Assembly: GCF_009914755.1 (NCBI RefSeq)
Contig: NC_060939.1
DNA: 64,000 nucleotides
From: the human T2T-CHM13v2.0 reference genome, Homo sapiens
Strand: one strand, 5' to 3'
Made by a program: the position numbers and the translations under genes. Shown one piece after another: positions 30,283 to 52,229 of this stretch. The notes below the pieces were generated by a model. It was not told where the DNA came from. It did no database searches and saw only the letters and a list, made by a program, of their open reading frames with translations. Positions within the stretch are counted from its first letter, which is position 1; each line of letters opens with the position of its first letter.

Positions 30283-30378
30283 CAGCGTGCCAAGTGTCAC
30301 CAAACGCCGGTCGGCAGCGTGCCAAGTGTCACCGAACGCCGGTCGGCAGTGCGCCGAGTGTCACCAAATGCCCATCGG
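30283..30378. repeat. 32-bp CpG-rich minisatellite, 3 copies
   Basis: cagcgtgccaagtgtcaccaaacgccggtcgg with substitutions. Confidence 0.9.
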
Positions 30379-31025
30379 CCACCCACTGCCCCACACTGCT
30401 CCAGAAGCACACACTGGGCCATGCCTGCCTCTTCCGCTCGTCTTGTCAGCCTCTCCAGAGGCTAGCTTCTCCAGAAGCTCTCTACATCCAGAAAGAAAAC
30501 CACCAGGGAGAGGATCTGGAAGCGCAGTGTGACCACGAGACACCCTGTGACTGTGCACGGGCCACGTCTGCACATTGCTGGGATGGTGCTCATGTGCTGG
30601 GGACCCCCGCTGGCGAGTGACCGGCACCGAGGACTGCAGCCCCAACGCCCAAGGTAGGCTGCAGAGGCCACCTGCCCCCTTGCCAAGATGCTCCCTGAGC
30701 CAGATGCCTGTGCTCTGTGAGCTAGGCCTACATCTTGTGCATGTCTGTCTTCCCAGGGGCTCGAAGGTCCTCTGTGACATCTGAGGACAGCCAGGGCACG
30801 AAGAGCCTGCTCTAGCTGTGCAAAGCCACGATATGCACTTATCTGCTGGCTCCCCTCACCTTATCCCTCGAAGCAGGTGCTCACACAGCCCTGACACTGA
30901 GACGTAGCTGCTGCCTACCAGAAGTGACGACTTCAGCAAACAAAGACGCACACCTGCTGTGCACAAGGCAGGCCACTGAGCTGGGTGCTCTCGGGAGGGC
31001 CCGCAGTGCGCGAGGCGGGTGCTCA

Positions 31026-31244
<219 letters not shown>

Positions 31245-31810
31245 TCAGTGAGGAGCCAAGCCCATGTCCCTCCTTCAAGCACCTGCAGTCACTGCTCCTC
31301 GATGAGAAACGATCTGCCCAGTGAGGCTCCAGGCCGAAGTGTTTACAATGTGGGCAACCAGACCCCTTCCTGAAAGCAGCTCCCACTGCCTGCTCTGCAC
31401 CATCATTACTTGACTTGCACTTTACCAACTACATCACTAAAGTAACAAAATCTTGCTGATTATTCCAGCAAAATTACTGAGCAAAATGCTCCAATAAAAC
31501 GCCTGTAAAATTCAGATGTTCTAACTTTCAGAAGTGAAAACTGGGAGAGATTTTTTTCCTCTTGGTAACTTTCAAGGTAAAACAAAAATTCATCTCCCAG
31601 TTAGTTCCATCTCCTCCCTTTGCTGAAGGACATCATCATAAAAAATCTGGATGTTTCCAAAATACTTCTTTAAAAAGCAGCAAGCCCCTTCCATGTGGCT
31701 ACTTCTTGCCTAACCAAGGCCAGGGCGAGGACCACCAGGAATGGACAGTCAGGGTGAGGCTAACAGCAAGAAAATACCTGAAAGAGCAGACGAAAACAAA
31801 AGTACAAATT

Positions 31811-32133
<323 letters not shown>

Positions 32134-32303
32134 TCAAAGCATTGTACTTGAAACTGACAGAAAGCAGGCTCCATGAAGGAAACATAAAATCACTCTCAGA
32201 GAAGAGAAGTGAACCACAAAAGGAGCGTTGATTCCGAAAGGGCATGAGGAACTTTAGACTGTCAAAGGCTTGGTCCCTTTTGTCTCAGAAACTGGTTGCT
32301 TTA

Positions 32304-32886
<583 letters not shown>

Positions 32887-33330
32887 CTATCCTAAGCACT
32901 GTGGCCTGTGTGCCAAGAGACGGCTGCCAGAAGCTAGTGACACTGAGGTGCGGCGCTGGGGGCCACAATGACCACCCAAAACACCCCATGGCTTCTGCAG
33001 GCGAGAGGGGTGTCAGTGACACGCAGGCATCTCTGAGGGGTGCCACAGGCGTTACACCTTGGCTCCACCCAGCCCTCAACAACCTGCTGGCCATGAGACC
33101 TGCAGTTAGGAACACAGAGGAAGGGCTCAGGGCAGACGCCCTGCCCGGTGTGAGCACACACAGGATCCCCATGGCCTCCTCACTGGCTCACAGGGCCTCC
33201 CGGTCCCAGAGAGGACTAGAGGCAGGGCTGCCAGCCCCGGGTGTGCAGGAGGAAAAGTTAGGAGCACGCCCACAGCACTTAAAATCTAGGTAGAGAGTCC
33301 ATGGGAAGAGGACTGTCATCACTGCTGTAA

Positions 33331-34601
<1,271 letters not shown>

Positions 34602-34808
34602 TTAACAGGGCAGGCGCACCCTTGAAACGCTGACAAAGGTTTTCTCTGGGCCAGAGACATTGAATTTTCAGAACCAGCATGTATTGTTTTTATACTAAGA
34701 AAAGCAAAGACTGTCTTAAAAATATAAGGCATTTCATTCATTTTCTTCTCTTTTTCCTCACTGCATAGTCTATTGGGATAATACCAAAAAGTATACATCT
34801 GTCCTTCA

Positions 34809-35280
<472 letters not shown>

Positions 35281-36329
35281 TCAGTCCTTGGGAGTTGCGT
35301 GTCTCTCTCAGGGCACATGGGCCAGCAGGCTGGGAGGCCCTGTGCAGCTTATCCTTCCACACTCGCTGAGAACAGGCTCTCCTGGCCTCCAGGAGGGTCA
35401 CAGTATGGGGCACATGGTTCCTGCCATCCTTCCCACCATGGGGGCCGCCGTCCTGAGTTGCTGGTGCTGAGGACTCTCTCGAGGGTCTGACGACCCCCTC
35501 AAAGTGCTGGAGGGGCAGCACCTCTCCAATGCCACATCTGCCCAGCAGAGCCTCCCTAAATGCAGCCACCTCCCAGGTGGTGCCTCCAAACACACTAGGG
35601 CCTGACATGGAAAAGACGAGCGCCCTGCCGCCCAACACCAGCTGTCTAGCTGCACAGACAGGCTGAGATTGCAAGGAGTATGGGGCTGCCGCAGGGGACA
35701 GAAAGTGCCACACCGCAGCTGGAGCAGAGGTGCAGAAATGAAGGCAGACATCGTCTAAACACACCTTCAGAGCCAGCTCCAGGGAGAGGGGGCAATCTGC
35801 CTTCTGCTGAATCTGCTCCAGTCTCAAGGGTACTCAGCAGGGGCTCTGCCCTGGGATGGGACCAGGGGCAGCTGAGCCACATTCTATGAAGGAAAGAGCA
35901 GCAGGTGGCCTGGAGGAGACACTGAACAGAAGGAGCCCCAAATCCCTCCTCCAGCACTGGCGCAGGCATGGAGGTGCACAGTGGAACGGGTAGTCAGTCC
36001 CACTGCACTGGCTGAGGGTGGAGAAGGGAAGCTCTCCAGGGACCCAGGAAGCCCCAGTGGCAGTGTGGAGAGGAAGCAGCTCAGAAGAGCCAGCCGACAA
36101 AATTGCTCATGAGCTTCAAGCCCATCCTCAAGCTGCAGGGGTGTGGATCTGATCCTCTTCACACCCCAAACCCTGAGACCACAGCCAGACAGCCACCAGC
36201 GGCACACAGGGGGCAGGTCCAAGTGGCAGTGCAGGAGGCTGTGAAGCCAGAATTGACATGGAGCTGCCACCCACTGAAGGCAAGTCAGAACCACAGCCCA
36301 AGTCTCCTCAGGGTGTTTGCTTTCTAAAA

Positions 36330-38320
36330 TAAAAATATCAACATCCTCCTAGGATTTTAACAAGACCCAGATCTCATATCATAACATCCAACCATCCACT
36401 TACAGCCCAGATTACTCAGCACACAAAGAACGAGGAACGTATGGGCTCCTACAGGAAAAGAGAATCAACAGATGCCAAAATAACACAGGTGCTGCAATTA
36501 TCCACCCGACTTTAAAGCAACTACTGTGCTATGAAATGCTCTAACGATTGTAACACTCCCAAACTGAATGAAAAAATGGAAATCAGCAAAAGGCAAACAA
36601 AACAAGATATAAAGAAGAACCAAATGGAAATTTCAAAACTAAAAGACACACTACTGAAATGTAAAAAAAAAAAAAAAAACCTCAGGAAAGATTCAGTGAA
36701 CTTGAAGATAGAGCAATGTTAAGTTTTCTAATCTGAATACCAGAGAGAAAAAAAGATTGAAAAAATTTTGGGGATCTTCGGGACAAGAGAGAAGGTCTAA
36801 CATCTGTGCCATGAGAGTGCAAAAGGCAAAGGGGAAACCAAGCAGTGATGAAAAACAGCTGAAAAAAATGACAGAAAACACCCTAAATTTGGAGAAAGTC
36901 TTTTGTCTACAGATTCAAGAAGCTCTATGGATCCCAAACAAGACAAACAAGAAATCCACACCCAGACACATCACGGTCAAACTGCTGAACACTAAAGATA
37001 AAGGAAAACAGATCTTGAAAACAGCAGGAGAAATGACGCTCAGCAGAGCACAGAGCAACAGTGGGAGGGCCGCGGATTCCCCCCGGGGACCAGGCAGGCC
37101 GGAGGGCGGGCACAATGTGCCTAAGCCTAAAGCGGGGAGGTGCCAACTTGGGATCCTCCCTCAAGATGGGAACGTGTCTTCCAGGAAGGAAGGTGAAGCC
37201 AGGACGTGGGCAGAGGAGGAAAACAAAGAGCATGCTGGCCAGCGGTACAGGCTGACAGGAAGGGAGGTGGAAGGAGGCATGGGCTACGAACCACAAAGCA
37301 GAGGCAGTAGGCAGGCTAAGCGGCGAGGGCGCAGGACACACAACGACCCCACAGCTCTTCCAAAGTGCTTGGCGGTTAAAAGCAAAAATCAAAGTACTGT
37401 CTAATGGGCCTTTCAGTGTACATAAATGTAAATTACACAAATACATAACAAGTAAATTATAAAATATTTCTAGGTATATAATTGTATAAATCATATAAAC
37501 AAGACAACTGTAATCTAAAAGGGGGAGGGGAAACCTGGATGGGGTAAGATTTCTATGTCCCACTAGAAGTAGTAAAAAGCAGACTTTTCAGATCCTCAGC
37601 AGAATATGAAATGTTAATAAGCATGGACTTCGAAATCCTTAGAGCAACCACCGAAGAAAGCTGTACAGCCAGGCGCTGCAGTCCCAGCTACTTGGGAGGC
37701 TGAGAAGGGAGGATCACTTGAGTCCAGGAGTTCAAGGCCTGTCTGGGCAACACAGTGAAATCCTGCCTCTTTTAAAAAAAGAAAAATTAACATACTTTTT
37801 AAAAAAGCTATCCAAAGCAAAATAGATAACATATAATTTAGAATAAATTAAAACAGAATACTATGTTTTTAAAAACCTAAAAGGAAATAGAGCAATGATA
37901 AAGATAGTGATCTAACAGAAGTCAGATAATAAAATGGTAGACCTGAATCGAAACACATTGATAATTACACTATCATAATAATCTAAAAACACCAATTAGA
38001 AGAGGTTGTCAGAACAGATAAATAAAATCCTAACCCAACCATATGCCATCTACAAGAAACTTACTTCAAATATACTGATACAGGTAGGTAAGTCGAAAGC
38101 AAAAGGGGAAAAAGGTGAACCAGGCAAGCGCTGGCCAAAAGGAAGCTGGGGTGGCTTTGTCAGCACCAGACCCAGCCAGCCTCCGAGCAAGGAACTCATC
38201 AGAGAGAGAGAAGGAAGGGGTCAGCTCCCCAAGGAGCCAGAACAACCCTCAATGTGAATGCACCCGGCCAAAAAGCTTCCTTCACGTTACACTAGGCAAA
38301 AGCTGACAGAGCTGGAAGAA
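36330..38320 (+). mobile_element. Ancient L1 ORF1 and ORF2-start relic
   Basis: ORF 36757-37404 has ORF1p-like RRSNI...LQIQEA...KKSTPRHITVKLL; endonuclease-like relic near 37950-38310. Confidence 0.8.
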
Positions 38321-38329
38321 GAAATGCCA

Positions 38330-38927
38330 TAGCCACCCCCGAATCTCAGTTTCACTTTCCACGATTTCAATGACCAGAGGTCAACTGCACTCCAAAAATA
38401 TTAAACGGAAAACTCCATTCACAAACACTCCGTAAGTTTTAAACTGTGCGCTGTTCTGAGTAGGATGATAAACTCTCAGACCGTCCTGCTCCTCCCACCC
38501 AGGACACAAACCATCCCCTTGTCCAGCGTGTCCACGCTGTATGTGCGACCCGCCTGTGAGCCACACAGTAGCCGGCTGGGTCGCCAGCATGGGACTGCAG
38601 CGGTATGGCCAGGCTGGTCAAGGTCAGCAGCGGCCTAAGGCTGCATTGCAATGCCTGCGCCGCCCATCTCACCGCCATCTCACGGCGGGCACCAAAGGGC
38701 AAGAGAGAGAGAGAGAGACCACATTCACATAACTTTTATGACAGTATATTGTTACAACTGTTCTATTATTATTGTAATCTCTTACCGTGCCTAATTTACC
38801 AATTAAAGTTCGTCACTGGTATGCAAGTACGGAAAAACATAGACTACGCAGGGTTCAGTACAGTCTCCAGGCTCAGGCATCCACGCGGGGTGTTGGGCCG
38901 GTTCCACAGATACATGGAAACAATTGC
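38330..38927 (+). mobile_element. MER44-family Tigger-type element
   Basis: aaaatattaaacggaaaactcc...gagagagaccacattcacataacttttat...caggcatccac. Confidence 0.75.
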
Positions 38928-39682
38928 AGGCCAATCCCCAATGGCGGCTGGAGACGCCACCCATTTTCTCAGGAACTGACTGGAAATGAGGGAGAACAGA
39001 GGCACCGGCCGCACCGCCAGCCACCTGGACCTCCCCGACACGTAAGGGAACGCCCCCGACCGCAGCCGGTCACTGCTGCATGTTCCTCACTAGAAATCTA
39101 CATGTAGCAGAAACTCTCGTCCACTTCCCTCCACATCACAGCTTCCTGTTCCACACACCTCAGAAAGGAGCAGTGCAGGGCAGCCCCGGCCGGGTGGGTG
39201 CAGGGTCCAGCCCCAGCGCTGCCTGCAGAGCCAGCATGGGGGGCCTGCCCTTGGTGTCCACGCAGGCACCTCAGGGTGATGCCGCTCGGAGGGGCCAGGC
39301 TGCCTGAGGACGTGCTTCGGCCCCATAGGGGCTGCCCGTGTCCTGCGACTCCAGCCCAGAGTCCCGCAGTCTGCCCTTTCTGCGGCCTGAACCCAGATAG
39401 TGCCAGGAGAGGCCTGGGGGCGTGTCCAGTCATGCCCGGGCCCCACGCGGGTCAACAAGAAGACAGGTCGGACCGAGCACCCTGGGAAGCCACAGATCCC
39501 ACATGGCAACAGCCCCTGACCCCGCGCAGCACCCACAGGGACTCGCCTTCCTCCCCGGCCTCTGCCCAGGAGAGGCCAAGATGACCCCATGGTGGAGGAA
39601 GGTGGGGAGGGGCGCCACAGACAGGCTCGGGGGAGAACTGCTCGTGCGTCAGCTGTGATCCACAGCAGGGACCACTGATGTC

Positions 39683-39788
39683 GAACCCACGGAAAAACGC
39701 CAGATGCGCAGCTTGTTGAACCCACGGAAAAACACCAGATAACGCAGCTTGTTGAACCCATGGAAAAACGCCAGATGCGCAGCTTGTT
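39683..39788. repeat. 35/36-bp minisatellite, 3 copies
   Basis: gaacccacggaaaaacgccagatgcgcagcttgtt. Confidence 0.9.
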
Positions 39789-39819
39789 CCAAGCCAGTGC
39801 TTGCAGACTTCTTTCTTTG

Positions 39820-40545
<726 letters not shown>

Positions 40546-41587
40546 TAGCAATGTTTGATGCTGATTAATCAGAAAACATGGAAAAGGAAAAAGAAAACCT
40601 ATCATCAATCATCCCACTGTCCCTTACAAAAACAAGATACTGTCATACAAACTGCTTTGTAAGCTCTTTCTTTCTCCCAGCTTCCACAAAATTTCTCAAG
40701 TCATCAGAGCACCGTGCGGAGTGCTGGCCAGGGCCCTGCTGTGGCAAACTGCTGTTCTCTCCTATTCTTCACATTTTCATATTTCAGGTTTTTCATGATC
40801 ATAGGCAGCCCTCCCACATCCGCCTTGGTGTGTGATGCCAAGCAGCTGTCACCGCACGCACACGGCCTGGGCCCGGCCCGCTTCCAAGGGCTCTCCGTCC
40901 GTGCATCTTCCATAGATGCGAATCTGCACAGCTTCTGCCTCACCCTGTTAGGCGGACTTGGAGTAATCAGCTCTAAATCCAAGTCTCCAAGGTCTCAGCC
41001 CTGGCAGCGTGGGTGCAGGGTCTGGCCTGGGTGCCACCTACAGAGCCAGCGTGGGGGCCCTGGCGGTGTCCACTCCACACAGGCACATCAGAGCTCATGT
41101 CTCATCCCATCTTGTTCTCTGACTCCTCACAGTTCCACCTCCCAAAGCTCTTTCAAGTGCATTTACTTTGCTCCGTCTCTAACTGCCACCAGCGGACCCT
41201 GCACCCCACTGCTAGAGAACAAAGGCAATGCGTGACTCCAGCCGCCTGCACCCTGGGATTTTTTCCGGCCCTCCTTTTGTCCTCCCATGAATGCCACGTC
41301 CCACAGGGATTTTCCCCCAGCACCAGCATCCAGCACAGCCTCTAGTCTCCTTCTGTGTCTAAGAAGCCCCCATTCCCAGGCAGCAGCACCAGGTCTGGCC
41401 TGGTCACTGCAAAGCCAGTGTCCACTGCCCTTGGAATGGAGCCTCAGTTGTATCTGACCAGCCTTTATAAGTGGCTGCCACAGTGCAAATATCCAACAGC
41501 ATAATTAAAGTCACGTATTTGGAACGGCATACAAACTGTTCTGCCGGTGCTACTAGCCAGCACTTTAGAGTTTAACAATAGGATCAG

Positions 41588-41970
<383 letters not shown>

Positions 41971-41984
41971 TCAGAGCAGGGCAA

Positions 41985-42162
41985 TGCGTGACCAGGCACA
42001 GAGGGAAGACCACGAGAGGACACAGAGAGAAGGTGGCCATTCACAAGAGAGGCCAACCCTGCTGGCCCCCTGATCTCAGACTCCCAGCTCCAGAACTGAG
42101 AGAAAGAAATTCCTGCCTGATCTGTGGTGTTTTGTTAATGGTAGCCCTGGCAAATGAACACA
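41985..42162 (+). mobile_element. MLT1A/B MaLR LTR 3' fragment
   Basis: gaagaccacgagaggacacagagagaaggtggcc...ccagaactgagag. Confidence 0.7.
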
Positions 42163-43765
42163 GAGCCAAGAACAGGTAGGACGGAGTCACCCAGGTGGGA
42201 CGCAGATTCCCTGCGCTGTCTGCCGGGTAAGAACCCACACGAGCTGGTATTTTGCTGATCATGAAAATAATACGTGCTCCATGCAGAAAGAGCACACTGC
42301 TGGGAACAAAACAAGCCAGCCAGACCTGCATGAGCTCGGTCACAAGGCGCTACCATGCCACAGTTCCAGCTGCCTGTGCCCCCGGCCTCCCCAGGCGGCG
42401 AACCGACCCAAAAATAACATGCCCACCCTCGGTTTATGTCATTGAACAACATAAAGAGATGTTTTTTCCTTCCCTGACTGATTTTCTATCAGCAGCAGTT
42501 CTCAACCCTCATGTTTGATTCCAAATCCTATAGCTTGTCAAGATATAAAAATGAATTTAAATATGGTAGGGGAACTGCTGTTTTAATAAGCCATCAGTTC
42601 GTTTATTTTGTAAATTTAAGAGTTTTTAAAAATAAAGATTTCAAAGGAGGACATCATCATACTTGGCTGCTCTTCCAGTGATGTCCTCAGAGTCCCGGGT
42701 CAATCTCTGAGTGTCTCATGGGTCGGGATGCACCTCTGCTCTAGGCAGCTGCAGGGCAGTTTACAGAGTGAGCAACATCCACCGGGCGGTGGCAGACTGG
42801 CTCCGTGTCTGAGCTCACATCATGCTGCACACCTCACTCACCTGCTGGATCGTGGAACCCCAGATGGGCTTCAAGGGACCCACGGTGGGCAGGAGGCAAA
42901 GGTTCCCAGTGCCACCCACTTGAAGGGCAGTGCCTACAGGGCATGCTGGGGGCTCCATGGGTCCACCTCCTTTCTTCCACATGTCACTGGCTGCCCCTCA
43001 GCCTCAGATCCACACAGATGCAGTCTCAAGAAGTGGTCCTCACAGCTGCCTTAAGGTGGAGGCCACCCTGACACATTGGCAAATGAGTGGAGGGAGGCTG
43101 GATGGGGTCGCCAGCTGCCCCAGGGCCCACAGCCACAGAGCAAGGTTGAGAACCGCCCTGACCCAGTGCCGGGTGCCCACCCAGGGGGTCAAGGCCAGAG
43201 GCACAGAGGTACAGATGGCCACTTTCCAAGTGCGAGTGAGGTGCTGGAGACCGATTTAGGCCTGAGGGGCAGGACAGAGGCAGCACGGAGCTGGAGCCAC
43301 AGACAGAGTTGCCCCGGCATGGGCAGGCAGCAGGGGCTGGGGAGGCAGGGGAGCAGGGTCAAGGACCCAACCCCTCTCCTGCCCTGCTGGCCCCAGCAGA
43401 GCCCTGAAGATGCTGGAGAAAGTTCGAGACAGCAGGCCAAGGGGCAAAGGCAAAGGAGGCATGCACCAGTGCTTCCACCAACTAGAAAACGGGCAGATCC
43501 GCCCAGGCTCCTGGTCTTTAACCCATCTAGATGTGGCCAGCCCTCGCCACACTCCCCCTGCAAGCTCACGGGCTCAGGGCATCAGCCAGTGCCTCCCCAT
43601 GCTGCCCTTGGGGAACCCAGTTCCCAGAGAGACCCTGGACCTCACTTCTCCACACAGCAGACATCCCAGGAGATGGGAGGGTGATTTTTGTAAAACCTCA
43701 CAATCATCACATGCTTCAAAACAAAGAACAGTGAATCAACAGAATTTTTTTTAAATGTGATTTGG

Positions 43766-46201
<2,436 letters not shown>

Positions 46202-48819
46202 TAATCTGCTTTCTTTAATGCACAAAAACTTCAAATTCCATCCTCAAAAGCGGCCACTCAAAACCAGCTCAAAAGAACAGCCTCATCAACAGAGAAACAG
46301 AAATCAAGTTTGAAAATCACAATGAGGTGCTGACATCTAAAACAGTGTGCCAAGGAACCCTGAAAGAGAGCACGTCTCCACGCCACATGGCCTCCGCCCC
46401 CCACCTTGGGGCTGCAGCCTCTTCGGCCAGGGTCAGGCTGCCTCTGGGAGGGGTCTCCCAAGACCAAGTTGTCTCACAACCTCCTAACATCGCCCTCCCC
46501 CAGGCTTCCCTCTGATCCCCCAGGCACCGCCAAACCTGCACTCACCTCTGCTTCTCTTCCTGTCACTCTCCTGCTCACGCTTTCACTGGCTCTCTCTGCC
46601 TACAGCTGTGGTTTTCAAACCATGCGCCATGAAACCCCAGAGTGCCCCAGGAGGGCAAGGGAGAGCAGTTCTGTCTTTATCTGTCAAATTTGTATGAAAA
46701 AAACTATTCGGATGCTAAAATAATTAATAAAAGGCAGAGATGGGGCCCAGTATTCCACAGAATAAAGTCTCAATCGCTCATAGAACACCCAAGGGCCTCC
46801 CTCCATCTCCCACACCCCTGGGCCATGGAGGACCCGCTGTGCCATCCACCAGTCCCACTGCCCCAGGTGGGGCCCTCAGGACAATGAGAACATGCACCTC
46901 AGCCCAGGGCTGGGCTACCAGGCACACAGATGAGCTCGGGGAAGCTCCATCAGCCCACCTGGCAGATGCCTGGGTTGGGTAGGGATCAGGCTGGTGGGAG
47001 GGGCTGTTTCTTTCCCACCTGTGTGCACCTGGGCAACACACAGACAGCATAAACAATTAAGGAGTGCTCCTCGACGACGGCCATTCCTTCATCTTTCACC
47101 CGAATCCAGTGCATGTTTAAAAGGCACAAAGGGAAGAAGACAGCGTTTCCCGCTCCACCTACTCTTTCTGTTAGGGCAGACCCACCATGGCGGTCTCCGG
47201 GAGGACAGTCACACCACAGAGGGGGCGCTCCCACGCTCAGGAGAAGAGTGGGGGTCCCCATTCACAGATGCCGACACTGAGCCCAGAGGGACAGGGAGCT
47301 GCCGCAGCCCCGTGGCTTGCCTCACGTGCCTCAGTGGCGTGGCCCGCATGGCCGGGCAGTCCCGCCTGCTCAGGAGGCCATGGGCTCGGCTGGGCACCAA
47401 GCATGACCTCGGGCGCTTGACAAAGCAATTCCACCGCTGGCCATTCTGGCTGGGGGCTCTCAGCCTGCTCTGATTCCTGCGGCTTGAAGGAAAGGGAACT
47501 GGCTGCCACCCACCTTGTCCCCCACCTTATCACTGTGCCCAACAGACCGTGTATCTGCTGGGTCCTGCGGCGCCCGGCTGAGGAACAGGCGCCACGGGCG
47601 ATCGAGCCCCGTGCTCCCCCTCCCCACCAGCCTCTCAGGTTCTCCTCTCAGGGCCCAGGAGGGTGCAGGTTGATGACCAAAGGCTACACGGCAGCCACCA
47701 GATCATCTTCACCCAGCATCCACACCTCCTGATGTGCCTGTTCTTTTCCTGTCTCTCCCTCCCCTGTAAGGACCTGAATCCCCGAATCCCCACGTGGCTG
47801 GCCTGGATGTGGCCTGGCCCTGCCAGGGTCTGGCATAGCCCAGTAGCAGCCCAGCCCTTCTCCTGCACCAAGTGCACCCACGAGGAGCTGCAGGCTCCCC
47901 TACTGCGCCTGGCCTGTGGGCCGAGTGTCTCCCGGGCTCCACCACTGTGCCCAGCCCGTGGGCAGAGTGTCTCCTGGGATCCCCTACTGCCTCCAGCCTG
48001 AGGTCAAGCCCATGACCTTAGCTACCACCTACACTACACCTCACTCGCCAATCTCTATCAAGGGTCCTGCTGTCAAGACACTTGGGCTGGAAACACCAGC
48101 ATCAACCTCACCAGCTTCCTCCACATGCACCAAGACACCTCACAGGTCCCACGCAGTGGGGTGGTCTGTGCCTTCGGGTGCCCCATTTCAGCGGGCTCGT
48201 GCTCTGGGATGTCCCAGGCACCTTGCCGGAGACGTCCTGCAGAGACAGGAGCTCCATAAGCAGGCGGTGCCACAGAACATCCCCAGTGACTGTGAACCGA
48301 GCAGGGACCTAACGGGGAGCTTCTCAGGTAAACCAGAATCCTGATCTTAAAGCTCCGGGTCTTCACGAAAACTGTGGGAAAGGTATCCAGGCCATTTAGC
48401 TGTCCATCAAAGGAACAAAAGCAGAAAGCAGCTCTTTCACTGAGGTCATATAAATCTTTTCCACCATTACAGCAACACCTGCACATCCAGAACATGTGAA
48501 GGAAACACCACTGGCCCATGCATGAACCGCAGCCTGCTTCAGGGCGGCCCGCCCTCCTCCTGCTTAGGCATGAGACAAGCCTGACAATACCACATCTGGG
48601 CGGAAAAGCCTGGAGTGTGTTTGCAGATGACTTTCCTAGCAGCACATCCCAGGAGGTTTCTTAGGTCACACAATGTCTCTAAAGCTGCAGGTGGCTTTGG
48701 GCCAGGTGCCCTCCTACGGGGGCCCACGAACAAGGTGGAGCCGGACAGTAGCATGGTGCTTCCCAACAGAATCCAGGGGTCACTTCTGTTTTTATAATTT
48801 AATCTGAATGTTCTTTTAA

Positions 48820-50533
<1,714 letters not shown>

Positions 50534-51115
50534 ATAGCTCATCTATATTCTTAAAAAGCACCTTTCAGTTGAGTTGTTATAAAAGGGATATCATCTATAT
50601 ATAGTCACCTGACCTATTCATACTGTGCCCACTGCTATTACGAGACGCATGCACGCTGCCAGGCGGTGCTCCTGAAGCACCATGTTGACGTGTGCGTGCT
50701 ATTCCACCCAACCAACAAACCAGGCTACATGTCCTGTCTCCTGCTGCTCAGAACCAATGCCATTTGCAGACACTTGGCTGTCATGACCTCTGAGGAACAT
50801 TCTTACACATGAATACCTGGGCAACACATGCTCCAGCACAGGGCTCGGCAAGCATTTTCTAAACAGGGCCAGTAGTGGACAAGTGTCCTGTGGCACACAA
50901 GAGAACATCCTCATTCTTAGGAAATAGACACTGATGTGTCTAGAGGTAAAGGGCCTCAAGTGGAGAGAGAAGTGTTTGAATTGTGTTCTTTGTCCTATTT
51001 TTATTTTTGCAATGTTTTGTATAAGTTTGAAGTTATTTAAAATGAGTAAGAAAGGCCAGACGCGGTGGCTCACACCTGTAATCTCAGCACTTTGGGAGGC
51101 AGAGGCGGGCGATCA

Positions 51116-51475
<360 letters not shown>

Positions 51476-52106
51476 TCAAGCGGAAGTGTGTTTTGGTCGC
51501 CCCTCACTCCTATGGCCCCGGGCAGGCTGGACGCTGGCACGTATCGCAGGCTGAACCCATCTCACCAGCCAGAGCACGGCCACAACATGCCCGCGTCTGC
51601 CTAGAGGAAGGTTTTGCCCAGAGTCACGCACTCCTGGGCAGAAAGCTTTTAACCCCCAGTTGTGAGAGATGCCTGGACACCATGCCTTCATAAGGACGGC
51701 TTGTAGAAAGGACCTTCCAGGCCCAGTCAGCCCCGGGAATAAACATCAGTGTTATAATCAGAATGCTTCAGATCATTGCAAAAGAGCTGGGTTTTGTTTT
51801 TTGTGGATGGGCCAAACTAATTTATTATGAGACAGAAACTATGGATTCACATGTTTTTATATAAATTAAGGTATTGTTGACAAATAAAAATTGTATATAT
51901 TTACTGCATACAATCAGAGGTTTACATATATGTGTACCTTGTGGAATGGTTAAATCGAGCTATTACGCATATGTATCACTTCACATACTTTTTTTTTTTT
52001 TTTTTCCCTTTCTGGAGCAAGAGCAGCTACTTTCCCAGCCAGATGATGAGCTTAAAATATGTGAACCCTACCCCACCCCCATGCAGAGTGAGTCCACTCC
52101 TCCTCA

Positions 52107-52108
<2 letters not shown>

Positions 52109-52144
<36 letters not shown>

Positions 52145-52180
52145 CTGGCGGCCCCACCAGCAGACTCCGCAACCTCATCA

Positions 52181-52229
<49 letters not shown>

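Noticed and set aside
36757-37404. 215-aa ORF with L1 ORF1p similarity as a domesticated gene
   Set aside because: Non-ATG start, similarity is partial and decays after ~95 aa; ordinary fossil L1.
47214-47230. CTCF-like site ccacagagggggcgct
   Set aside because: Only the 3' half matches the core motif; unsupported without ChIP data.
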